Positions 34,842-46,266 of a DNA stretch of 64,000 bases are shown piece by piece. This DNA comes from Macrostomum lignano (taxonomy: Eukaryota), in assembly GCA_002269645.1 (NCBI GenBank), contig NIVC01000104.1, positions 310,001-374,000 of the forward strand, written 5' to 3'. A program made the position numbers and the translations under genes. The notes beneath the pieces were generated by a model. It saw nothing but the letters and a program-made list of their open reading frames with translations. It was not told where the DNA came from and searched no databases. Position 1 is the first letter of the stretch; each line of letters begins with the position of its first letter.

Positions 34842-34846
34842 ATTCG

Positions 34847-34894
<48 letters not shown>

Positions 34895-34932
34895 ATTCAT
34901 GTCTGTCTGTCTGTCTGTCTGTCTGTCATTCA

Positions 34933-34976
<44 letters not shown>

Positions 34977-34981
34977 ATTCA

Positions 34982-35041
<60 letters not shown>

Positions 35042-38000
35042 GAAACCAGACCACCATAGCAGTGCAACAGTGCATTTTGAGTGATGGCTTGTTACTAAAA
35101 TACAGTACGACACCAGAATTCTAAGACATTAAAGGAGTAAAGCGATAAACAACAGGAAAAACTACGAGAAAATCAAGCACTAGAAACAGCATAGCTAGCA
35201 GGAGAGACAGGCAAGTAAATAATAAGTTTTTAAATGAAACCATATACCTGCAAATCCTGGCAAATGGATAGCAGAGAGATTTATGAAACGATTGCATATG
35301 ATTATTAAAACACACACACAACAAATCAATAAACCGAGGTGTTAAAATTAAAAAAACTCGTCCTCACTCAAATCCTCGCCGGTAGCAACCAGGTGCCACA
35401 GTTTCACCAGATTGTCGAAGCCGCCGGTAGCCACCGTGTATCGATTTTTTAACACGCGTCCATTCTCGATGGGATCTGCAATTACAGGGGATGGGGGGCG
35501 ATTCAATCTGAATCCGATGCATTGTAAATCTACTAATCCGAATTTTACTTGCCACTAATTAGCAAAACTATTTCTGTGTTTCAAAGGCCGCATCAAAGAT
35601 TCTTTGTGCAGTTAAACAAGGAAAATTAGCAAAAAGCAAACCAGGCAACAGACGGGGACCGAATGATGATTCCACAGTAGATATCTAAGCAAATAATAGT
35701 GACCTTCACACTGACTTTCGCACTAGTACACACCCTGGCCCAGTCCCGCCCCAAAGCACCTAGGTCCTCACCCAATAAACACCCATTCCCGCCCCAATAA
35801 ACACCCAGTCCCACACCAGTAAACACCCATTCCCGCCCCAATAAACACCCAGTCCCACACCAGTAAACACCCTTCCCGCCCCAATAAACACCCAGTCCGG
35901 ATCCAGTAAACACTCAGTCCCGCCCCAGTAAACACCCAGTCCGGATCCAGTAAACACCCATTCCCGCCCCCGTAAACACCCAGTCCGGATCCAGTAAACA
36001 CCCATTCCCGCCCCCGTAAACACCCAGTCCCGCCCCAGTAAACACCCAGTTCCGCCCCAGCCCATCCCAACGCACCAATACACGGAGACACATCCAGACA
36101 GCCGACTCCCAAGTCGTGCCCATCCAACTGCAGGTGCAGAGACTTGGCGTGGCCGTACTTGCTGTCCCACACTCGCAGGTCGCCGCTAGTTGATCCGCTA
36201 ACCAGATAGAGAGCGTCCGGAGTGAACGCCAGGCCTAACACGGAGCCTTCGTGCCCGCCAGAGAACTGTCTGAGCATTGACCTGCTGGACACGTCCCATA
36301 GGCAGATGCTGCCGTCTTCGCTGCCGCTGGCGAATAGTTGGGAATTGAGCGAGAACACGCCGGACCGGATGCCGCACTTGCTGGGATGGGTGAATAGGCC
36401 CAGCTTCTGGCCTAACGGGGATGGAGTAATTTGTTTTTGCTGCGCTTTTTTGTCTCTTGATATCTTCTCTACTTCTCTCACTATTCTCTCTACTTCTCTC
36501 ACTATTCTCTCTACTTCTCTCACTATCCCCTCTACTTCTCTCTCACTGTACTCTCTACTTCTCTTACTATCCTCTCTATTTCTCTTACTATTCTCTCTAC
36601 TTCTCTCACTATCCTCTACTTTTCTCACTATCCTCTCTACTTCTCTCACTATCCTATCTACTTCTCTCGCTATCCTCTCTACTTCTCTTACTATTCCCTC
36701 TACTTCTCTCACTATCCTCTACTTTTCTCACTATCCTCTCTACTTCTCTCACTATCCTATCTACTTCTCTCGCTATCCTCTCTACTTCTCTTACTATTCT
36801 CTCTACTTCTCTCACTATCCTCTACTTCTCTCACTATCCTCTACTTTTCTCACTATCCTCTCTACTTCTCTCACTATCCTATCTACTTCTCTCGCTATCC
36901 TCTCTACTTCTCTTACTATTCCCTCTACTTATCTCACTATCCTCTCTATTTCTCTCACAATCCCCTTTACTTCTCTCACTATTCTCTACTTTCTCGTTAT
37001 CTTCTCTAATTCTCTGGCAATCCTCTCTACTCCATATTCACCCAAGTTAAGTCCCTGCTCAATCTACTACTCAGCTCACCCGTATCGGGCTCCCAAAAGA
37101 TGATATTTCCATCGGTGGAACAGCTGACCAGAATGGTGCTGAACGGCGAGAAGGCCACGCAATTGACATAGTAGGTGTGGCCAAGCAGCGGAGAGCAGGC
37201 GGCTTCTCGCATGGTGCCGGCCTCCCACAGTCTTGAGGGCGAAAAATAGAAAGCGGGACTTAGGATCGCGTATTATAAACATGCACTGCAGTATACTGTA
37301 CGTTAGAAGGAATAAAAGCACTAACTATTACTGAGGCAGGCTATCAAGATCGTGCTATTACATTAAGAATATACACACGCTGTTAGGAACAAGCTGTCGG
37401 AACACATACTAGCTGTCACAAACAGCCTGTCAGAACAAACACTAGCTGTCACAAACAGCCTGTCAGAACACATACTAGCTGTCACAAACAGCCTGTCGGA
37501 ACACACTAGCTGTCACAAACAGCCTGTCGGAACACATACTAGCTGTCACAAACAGCCTGTCAGAACAAACACTAGCTGTCACAAACAGCCTGTCAGAACA
37601 CATACTAGCTGTCACAAACAGCCTGTCAGAACACATACTAGCTGTCACAAACAGCCTGTCGGAACACACTAGCTGTCACAAACAGCCTGTCGGAACACAT
37701 ACTAGCTGTCACAAACAGCCTGTCAGAACAAACACTAGCTGTCACAAACAGCCTGTCAGAACACATACTAGCTGTCACAAACAGCCTGTCGGAACACACT
37801 AGCTGTCACAAACAGCCTGTCGGAACACATACTAGCTGTCACAAACAGCCTGTCGGAACACATACTAGCTGTCACAAACAGCCTGTCAGAACACATACTA
37901 GCTGTCACAAACAGCCTGTCAGAACACACACTAGCTGTCACAAACAGCCTGTCAGAACACATACTAGCTGTCACAAACAGCCTGTCAGAACACACACTAG

Positions 38001-38429
38001 CTGTCACAAACAGCCTGTCAGAACACACACTAGCTGTCACAAACAGCCTGTCAGAACACACACTAGCTGTCACAAACAGCCTGTCAGAACACATACTAGC
38101 TGTCACAAACAGCCTGTCAGAACACACACTAGCTGTCACAAACAGCCTGTCAGAACACATACTAGCTGTCACAAACAGCCTGTCAGAACACACACTAGCT
38201 GTCACAAACAGCCTGTCAGAACACACACTAGCTGTCACAAACAGCCTGTCAGAGCACACAGCTGTCACAAACAGCCTGTCAGAAAGCACAGCTGTCAATC
38301 ACATTGGCGCACTTACCGCACAGTTTTGTCACCGGAACAGGTGGCTAAATACCGATTACTAAAAGCGACTCCGTTGACATCGCCAGAGTGGGCGGCCAGG
38401 CCAGCCGCAAGCTTAGCAGACACTCGCAT
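30114..38429 (-). CDS. WDSUB1: WD repeat, SAM and U-box domain-containing protein 1, ~520 aa, 11 exons
   Basis: Exons 38429-38317, 37231-37080, 36411-36076, 35475-35368, 34374-34281, 34185-34152, 34054-34014, 33879-33767, 32264(?)-32001, 31885-31805, 30340-30114. WD40 repeats ([37 protein letters not shown]), SAM ([10 protein letters not shown]...LGHRQKLL), U-box ([33 protein letters not shown]). Exon 9 acceptor is ambiguous. Confidence 0.92.
30490..31497 (+). mobile_element. LTR retrotransposon 5' LTR plus primer-binding site (truncated), in WDSUB1 last intron
   Basis: Starts TGTAG (30490), ends CTACTTCA (31476), followed after 1 nt by TGGTGGCAGCGG-CAGGATTC (31478-31497), complementary to a tRNA-Leu 3' end; TATA-like CTATAAATAG at 30966; no gag/pol follows. 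Confidence 0.75.
32281..32700. repeat. ~45-bp minisatellite (GTGAATAATTGGGTAATAA...GAGGCTCTCTACGAACCCGC)
   Basis: Abuts the WDSUB1 exon 9 acceptor. Confidence 0.9.
32813..33580. mobile_element. Non-autonomous DNA transposon (MITE), CMC/EnSpm-like, 768 bp
   Basis: 39-bp TIR CCCGTCGAACGTTTC(G/A)CCCGGAATTTTTTCCGGAATTTT with 1 mismatch; GAT duplicated at 32810-12 and 33581-83; interior filled with CCGGA/TCCGG motifs and a ~115-bp internal duplication. Confidence 0.88.
34558..35040. repeat. (TCTG)n microsatellite
   Basis: WDSUB1 intron 4. Confidence 0.95.
35765..36060. repeat. ~22-bp tandem repeat (AAACACCCAGTCCCGCCCCAGT)
   Basis: WDSUB1 intron 3. Confidence 0.85.
36463..37030. repeat. Pyrimidine-rich ~21-bp degenerate tandem repeat
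   Basis: WDSUB1 intron 2. Confidence 0.85.
37393..38297. repeat. 33-bp minisatellite (CTAGCTGTCACAAACAGCCTGTCAGAACACATA)n
   Basis: WDSUB1 intron 1. Confidence 0.95.
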
Positions 38430-38719
38430 AACTAGACTATCACGGAGGCCTGCAGTGCAATAGGGGCATAGATGGCAAATGCTGCACATTTTGCATGTAA
38501 TATTTAAAAGGCTAACAGGGTATTCTCAAGCTTCTGGAATAGATACAAACTTCCACCTAAGCTTATAACGACGAGTAAATTCTCAAATTAAAGGGTTTGA
38601 TTGCATTGGCTGTTCACATAGGTCAGTTTATGATTGGGTGCCGACATTTGGATTTTAACAAAATTGAGTCAACAGATATTACCATCCCCTTTTCTATATA
38701 CCAACCCTTTGTGTATTAT

Positions 38720-39250
38720 AAAATCTAATCTAATCTTCCGCTTTTCTTAATCTAATCTCACCCACATGTTCTCAATCTAATTTCACTCGTATATGTTTCT
38801 CAATCTAATTTCACCCACATGTTTCTCAATCTAATCTCACCCACATGTTTCTCAATCTAACTTCACCCACATGTTTCTCAATCTAATCTCACTCACATGT
38901 TTCTTAATCTAACTTCACCCACATGTTTCTCAATCTAATCTCACGCACATGTTTCGCAATCTAATCTCACCCATAAGTTTATCAATCTAATCTCGCCAAC
39001 ACGTTTCTCAATCTAATCTCACCTATAAGTTTATCAATCTAATCTCACCTATAAGTTTATAAATATAATCTCACATCATGTTTCTCAATCTAATTTCGTC
39101 CACACGTTTCTTAATCTAATCTCATCCAAAGTTTTCTGATTATAATCTCACTCATACGTTCATCAATCTAATCTCACCCACGTTTCTCAATCTAATCTCA
39201 CCCCATGTTTCTTAAATCTAATCTCACTCACGTTTTTAAATCTAATCTCC
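38720..39250. repeat. ~26-bp degenerate repeat (CTCAATCTAATCTCACCCACATGTTT)
   Basis: Direct reading. Confidence 0.85.
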
Positions 39251-40444
39251 CAGATACGTTGGTACTTAGTTTGAAAATAATTTTTATAATGCTTTCAAAA
39301 TAGCTCCACTTTTCATACTACGTGGATCCACTGTTTACACACATCTATATAAAGCCACGCGTCAACTGAATGAAACTGGTGCGGCTAGAGAAAATGAAGA
39401 AAGTGCTGATTAATAATTTAGTTTAGCCAACAATAGTTTTTGCATTGTGCAGCCACTGAATATAATCAATCTACCATCATATACCCAGTGCACACTTCCT
39501 AGGGCTAAGGCTAAGCCTACCTAATATAAAAAACAAAGTTACGAGAGAGAAATAAACATGCGAAGTTAGAAAACTGACACCTAATGTTCAAAGCCTATAG
39601 TAAAAAAGGTTGGGCCATAGACAACACGCAGATTTCTGACCGAGAACTTGACTAAGAGACAAATCAAGCCTAGCATTGAACAGCCAAACTTGCTAAGTTG
39701 TCTATGGTAAGAGCGACATATATATACTCACTATATACTACTGTTGATTGACTACCCAAGCAAGAAATTAATTTGAAAATAAATTAACAGCACTATCAAT
39801 CATGATAATACATGTAATGTATACCGAGAAAAAGTTTAATTTTTTTTCTTATTTAATTTTATTGTCGAAGCACTGCTAAAAATGCGCAACACACAAAACT
39901 GACACACATTGAGTACGAAGCAATAGTAAAGCTGTAGTCCTTGTTAATTGTTTTGTCAAATCACTATAGTCGAAGCACGGAATTACCAACAGAAAAAAAG
40001 TATATATACTTGAGACACTAATAAACACACTCAAAATAAATATATTCCAAATTTGTGCATATAATTAACTAAAGCTATTAAATTCAAAAGACTTTCTTTA
40101 ATGACAAAATGCAGTGAATTATAAATAAAACAAATAACAGCCTTAATGGTGTTTAACTCTTGTAAATATTTCTAACACTGCAAATGTCTATCTTCACTAC
40201 AGTAGTAACGAGCAAAAGCATAAATAATAACAGTTAAACATGTGAATGAAGAAAGCTAACAAGTCAACAAAAAATGGCAACAAGTTGTCTGACTAATAAC
40301 CCAATATAAATAGGCATATGTTGTGTACATCCTAAAACTACAGGTATAGATAACAGGTAAAGAATCGGAAGCCATTTTACAATATTTTACTGAAAGGATG
40401 ACATTAACAATCTGGATTTCATAACGCAATCTTAGTAAACCGCT

Positions 40445-40720
40445 AGCGACTGAGTAAACTTTTGCGGAATCCCCTTGGCGACTGAGTACACTTGTGCGGA
40501 ATCCCCTTGGCGACTGAGTACACTTGTAGGGAATCCCCTTGGCGACTGAGTACACTTGTGGGGAATCCCCTTGGCGACTGAGTACACTTGTGCGGAATCC
40601 CCTTGGCGACTGAGTACACTTGTAGGGAATCCCCTTGGCGACTGAGTACACTTGTGGGCAATCCCCTAGCGACTAAATATACTTTTGGGGAATCCCCTTA
40701 GCAATTGAGTAAACACATGG
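40445..40720. repeat. 32-bp minisatellite (GGAATCCCCTTGGCGACTGAGTACACTTGTGC)n, ~8 copies
   Basis: Direct reading. Confidence 0.92.
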
Positions 40721-41221
40721 CTAATCCCCTAGAAACCACAAAAAACACTTGAGGAACTATAAGAAATTTAGAGAATCACTGATCTACGCATTTAAGATTA
40801 CCAGATCTAGTTACAATTAATCGGATAAATCTAAGCATGGCAAAGACAATGCGCTTAAAACGAAATTATAAATTAGAGATCGACTTGCCATCAAAAAACT
40901 GATTGTGCTTACAGTTGCAATACTAATTGAGAGTAAATAATAAACAAACACGTTGAACTATTATAATTTGTACTCTAAGACAATGATAAATAGACAACGT
41001 ACAGATGCAATAGTAGAACATGGACTTTTAAAAATGCTTATTCAAAAAAGTAAATAGACATTAAAAACTACCTTACGACCTCATTAATCATATACTAATA
41101 CGTCCTCTTACCTACATAAGTTAATATACGTGCTCAGATCAGAAAAAAATGATAAATAAAACATTCACCAAGACAACTAAAAATATAAAATAGCTAAATT
41201 AATATAAATAAAATCGGCACT

Positions 41222-41754
41222 TTAAGCCGGTAAGGACATCGCTCTACCTTTGAGTACTTTAGTAACGTACAGATAGAAAAAGTCAGCGTACAGAGCGGTC
41301 TGCAAACAGCCAGCAGCGATGGCAATTACGTCGTATTGGCCTTCAACTACAAGCCGATAGATCCAGTTAAGAATGTACAGGGCCCTGTAGGAGCCCAGGG
41401 CAAACAGGTAGTGCGAGGTGATGGTCTCCGCTTCGCCAGTTTTGCTAATGAGGAACAGCTGCGGCAGGATGGCCACGGATTCCAGGTAGATGCTGAATGT
41501 CCATAGCAGCTCTAGCGGACTGAACTCGTGGTTAATTAGGCAGGCTAGGCCGGCCGAGGCGATGACCAGAATTTCGGCTCGGAATGTGTCCTGCGGCGGA
41601 CAGTGGTGGGGGGGGGGCAGTTGCGCAGATATATTGTAAGAAAAACAATAAACTACGATTGTGGGGCTGACAGTCAGAGGCATTCATGCACAAACACAAA
41701 AGAGGGAGTGTAACTATGGCTTGCACGGGACGGAGGAGGCACACAAAAATTGTC

Positions 41755-41807
<53 letters not shown>

Positions 41808-41896
41808 CACAGACAGACAGACACACAGACAGACACACAGACAGACAGACAGACACACAGACAGACAGACACACAGACAGACAGAAACACAGAAAT

Positions 41897-41927
<31 letters not shown>

Positions 41928-41974
41928 CACAGACAGACACTAAGACACTAAGACAGACAGACAGACAGACAGAC

Positions 41975-42019
<45 letters not shown>

Positions 42020-42032
42020 CACAGACAGACAC

Positions 42033-42079
<47 letters not shown>

Positions 42080-42182
42080 CACAGACAGACAGACACACAG
42101 ACAGACACACAGACACACAGACAGACAGGCACACACACAGACACACAGACAGACAGACAGACAGAGAGACAGACAGACAGAC

Positions 42183-42223
<41 letters not shown>

Positions 42224-42240
42224 CACAGACAGACAGACAC

Positions 42241-42287
<47 letters not shown>

Positions 42288-42434
42288 CACAGACAGACAC
42301 ACAGACACACAGACAGACAGACACACAAACAGACACACAGACAGACAGACAGACAGACACACAAACAGACACACAGACAGACAGACAGACAGAGAGACAG
42401 GCACACACACAGACACACAGACAGACAGACAGAC

Positions 42435-42471
<37 letters not shown>

Positions 42472-42862
42472 CACAGACAGACAGACACACAGACAGACAG
42501 ACAGACAGACAGACAGAGAGACAGGCACACACACAGACACACAGATAGAGGGACACACAGACAGACACACACACACTAGCCAATAAGCCAACCTGATTGG
42601 AATCCCGAGTGGCGGGGAAGCGCCGATAAATAAGGTAGCAGGTGAGGCAGCTGGTAGCGATAAACACCAGCTTCATCACGGTGTTATAGAGCGACACGAA
42701 GACGAAGAACAGGTCCAGATAGCGGGTGAGAAACACGCCGGCAAACAGCAGCTGAGACTTGCCGGAAATTCCGGACACGGATCGGCTGCGCCAGATTTTT
42801 AGCAGAAGCAGAAGAATTGCAGCCAGGTGGCTGAGGTCACCGATTAGGCGAAATATGTTCAT
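41222..42862 (-). CDS. KDELR: ER lumen protein-retaining (KDEL) receptor, 212 aa, 2 exons
   Basis: Exons 42862-42593 and 41590-41222; [64 protein letters not shown]. Confidence 0.97.
41753..42575. repeat. (CAGA/CACA)n microsatellite
   Basis: KDELR intron. Confidence 0.96.
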
Positions 42863-43005
42863 GCTTGACGCTGGATTATCGAACTTATTAATGAATCAGT
42901 CAGGGTCACGAGTTAATCAATAGTTTATTAGTAGCATCCACTAGACAAACTACAGAAAAACATTAATTTAGAATTGAATTAAACACGCCTTAATTTATCT
43001 GCGTA

Positions 43006-44665
43006 ACTGAGATACCCAAAGTGACATACCCAACTGCAACTGAGATACCCAAAGTGACATACCCAACTGCAACTGAGATACCCAAAGTGACATACCCAAC
43101 TGCAACTGAGATACCCAAAGTGACATACCCAACTGCAACTTAGATACCCAAAGTGACATACCCAACTGCAACTGAGATACCCAAAGTGACATACCCAACT
43201 GCAACTGAGATACCCAAAGTGACATATCCAACTGCAACTGAGATACCCAAAGTGACATACCCAACTGCAACTTAGATACCCAAAGTGACATACCCAACTG
43301 CAACTGAGATACCCAAAGTGACATACCCAACTGCAACTGAGATACCCAAAGTGACATATCCAACTGCAACTGAGATACCCAAAGTGACATACCCAACTGC
43401 AACTGAGATACCCAAAGAGACATATCCAACTGCAACTGAGATACCCAAAGTGACATATCCAACTGCAACTGAGATACCCAAAGTGACATACCCAACTGCA
43501 ACTGAGATACCCAAAGTGACATACCCAACTGCAACTGAGATACCCAAAGTGACATACCCAACTGCAACTGAGATACCCAAAGTGACATACCCAACTGCAA
43601 CTGAGATACCCAAAGTGACATACCCAACTGCAACTGAGATACCCAAAGTGACATACCCAACTGCAACTGAGATACCCAAAGTGACATACCCAACTGCAAC
43701 TGAGATACCCAAAGTGACATACCCAACTGCAACTGAGATACCCAAAGTGACATACCCAACTGCAACTGAGATACCCAAAGTGACATATCCAACTGCAACT
43801 GAGATACCCAAAGTGACATACCCAACTGACACTGAGATACCCAAAGTGACATACCCAACTGCAACTGAGATACCCAAAGTGACATACCCAACTGCAACTG
43901 AGATACCCAAAGTGACATATCCAACTGCAACTGAGATACCCAAAGTGACATACCCAACTGCAACTGAGATACCCAAAGTGACATACCCAACTGCAACTGA
44001 GATACCCAAAGTGACATACCCAACTGCAACTGAGATACCCAAAGTGACATACCCAACTGCAACTGAGATACCCAAAGTGACATACCCAACTGCAACTGAG
44101 ATACCCAAAGTGACATACCCAACTGCAACTGAGATACCCAAAGTGACATACCCAACTGCAACTGAGATACCCAAAGTGGCATACCCAACTGCAACTGAGA
44201 TACCCAAAGTGACATACCCAACTGCAACTGAGATACCCAAAGTGACATATCCAACTGCAACTGAGATACCCAAAGTGACATATCCAACTGCAACTGAGAT
44301 ACCCAAAGTGATATACCCAACTGCAACTGAGATACCCAAAGTGACATACCCAACTGCAACTGAGATACCCAAAGTGACATATCCAACTGCAACTGAGATA
44401 CCCAAAGTGACATACCCAACTGCAACTGAGATACCCAAAGTGACATACCCAACTGCAACTGAGATACCCAAAGTGACATACCCAACTGCAACTGAGATAC
44501 CCAAAGTGACATACCCAACTGCAACTGAGATACCCAAAGTGACATACCCAACTGCAACTGAGATACCCAAAGTGACATACCCAACTGCAACTGAGATACC
44601 CAAAGTGACATACCCAACTGCAACTGAGATACCCAAAGTGACATATCCAACTCCAACTGAGACAC
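43006..44665. repeat. 33-bp minisatellite (GAGATACCCAAAGTGACATACCCAACTGCAACT)n, ~50 highly homogeneous copies
   Basis: Direct reading. Confidence 0.96.
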
Positions 44666-46266
44666 CCTAATTACATATTTGCTATCCAACTGGTCACTTA
44701 TTGGTCACAAAAATTTTCGAAAGTTTTCAAACAAAAGTTTTCTATACATTCAGCAACTAAGCTACCCAACTAGGATACCCCAACTAAGATACTTCAACTA
44801 AGACATTCCAACTAAGATACCCTTTAAAAAGGACATTAACTCTGCTACGAACTGAGAATTCTATCAAAAACAACAGAGAAACAAAGGTCAATTTTCTCCA
44901 CAAAAGTCGTCCAAAAATATTTAGTTAACAATTGTTTGGTTTATTTAAAGTGGCTTTTTCGAATACATACATTCTAATCGTGCTGAATGCGGCAGACTGA
45001 CGGAAAATATGGAAACCACAAAATATTAATGGGCGCCAGAGAAGCCTAGCTTTTTTTTATGACTGAAAATATTGTCCTATATAATATTTGATTGACATAG
45101 TTACTAAACATTATGAATACTCACACAATTAGAAGCAAAAAACAATTAATTTTGATGACTAAAAATTTTTAATTAACTAATAAATAGTATCAACACTATA
45201 AATATTAACTAATAATACCAATAAAACCGGCAAAACACAATTGGATAAATTAAAAAAGCAGCTAACTTGGATGAACACGCGAGATTACACAAAGCACTGC
45301 AGACTTGACCTTTATTGTCAGTTGAGTTACGCATAAATGATTATTAAAAATGCGACTATCAACTGACTCGATAAAAAACACACAGAGACAAATTCCGTGG
45401 AAAAGTGCTGAACAATGATTAGGTATTAATTATTATTGAGAGATTCTTGCTAATTGTTAAACACCTTACCTAGCTTCAGCTAGCTACACATACTAAAATA
45501 ACTAGGTGGGCCACTCAGCACATTTTCGTGTAAACTACTTTCAGTTCAGTAGTAAGTTAAACTGAAGCATTTTATTGTATTTTTAAAGCCAAGACTCATC
45601 TATTGGCTCTCACCCCTCGCTTTAACTCTCCAACCGCGCCTTTCCACACTACCCCCGCCCATGTACATTTCAGTGAACTGGCTAATGAACCAGTTAGCAA
45701 GTTGTTTACATCTGCAAGCTTGTGGGCTTCTAAAGTTATCAAAGTTATCTCAGCTGCCTTAATTTTTATAAAATAGCTTACGTATTCTTCTTTGCTACTG
45801 AACTGAAAGTAGAAAGCTGTTTTACTAAGTATATATGCCCGACTGGTCCATCTAGTTATGTAAGTATCTCCGGTTAGCGCACAACACAAACAAACAAAAA
45901 GCATATTTTAGTTGTAACGGATAGAAAATTTTGCAGTTATAAAAAAACTTGTAGAATAACTTGTCATTAAACAATTGACAACTAATTTTTAATCTATCGT
46001 GTTTAGCTAAACAGTTACGACAAAGCTTGCATTGTCCAACCATGGCGTCGCTGAATCGCGGTAAAAAAAGTCAAATCAAATTAGAAAAAATTGAAATTGT
46101 TTAATACGACAAATATATCGCACACTCGGGAGTTTATTTGAATAATAATAAAAACGTTGGATAATGGAAAAAAATGGGAGAGCCACGACAATACAACACA
46201 AGAAAATTTGTCCAAAGATTGATCAAACGTCTTACAAGAGTTTTATTCAAGGTCATCAGCGCTGTC

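Noticed and set aside
35700-35760. In-frame [15 protein letters not shown] segment as a WDSUB1 exon
   Set aside because: Exon 35475-35368 supplies the expected WD motif ([12 protein letters not shown]) with correct phases.
42995-44689. Three long overlapping ORFs (461-564 aa), including mucin-like (VTYPTATEIPK)n
   Set aside because: Pure 33-bp tandem array; a stop-free unit divisible by 3 opens frames automatically, and there are no unique flanking coding sequence, signal peptide or splice sites.
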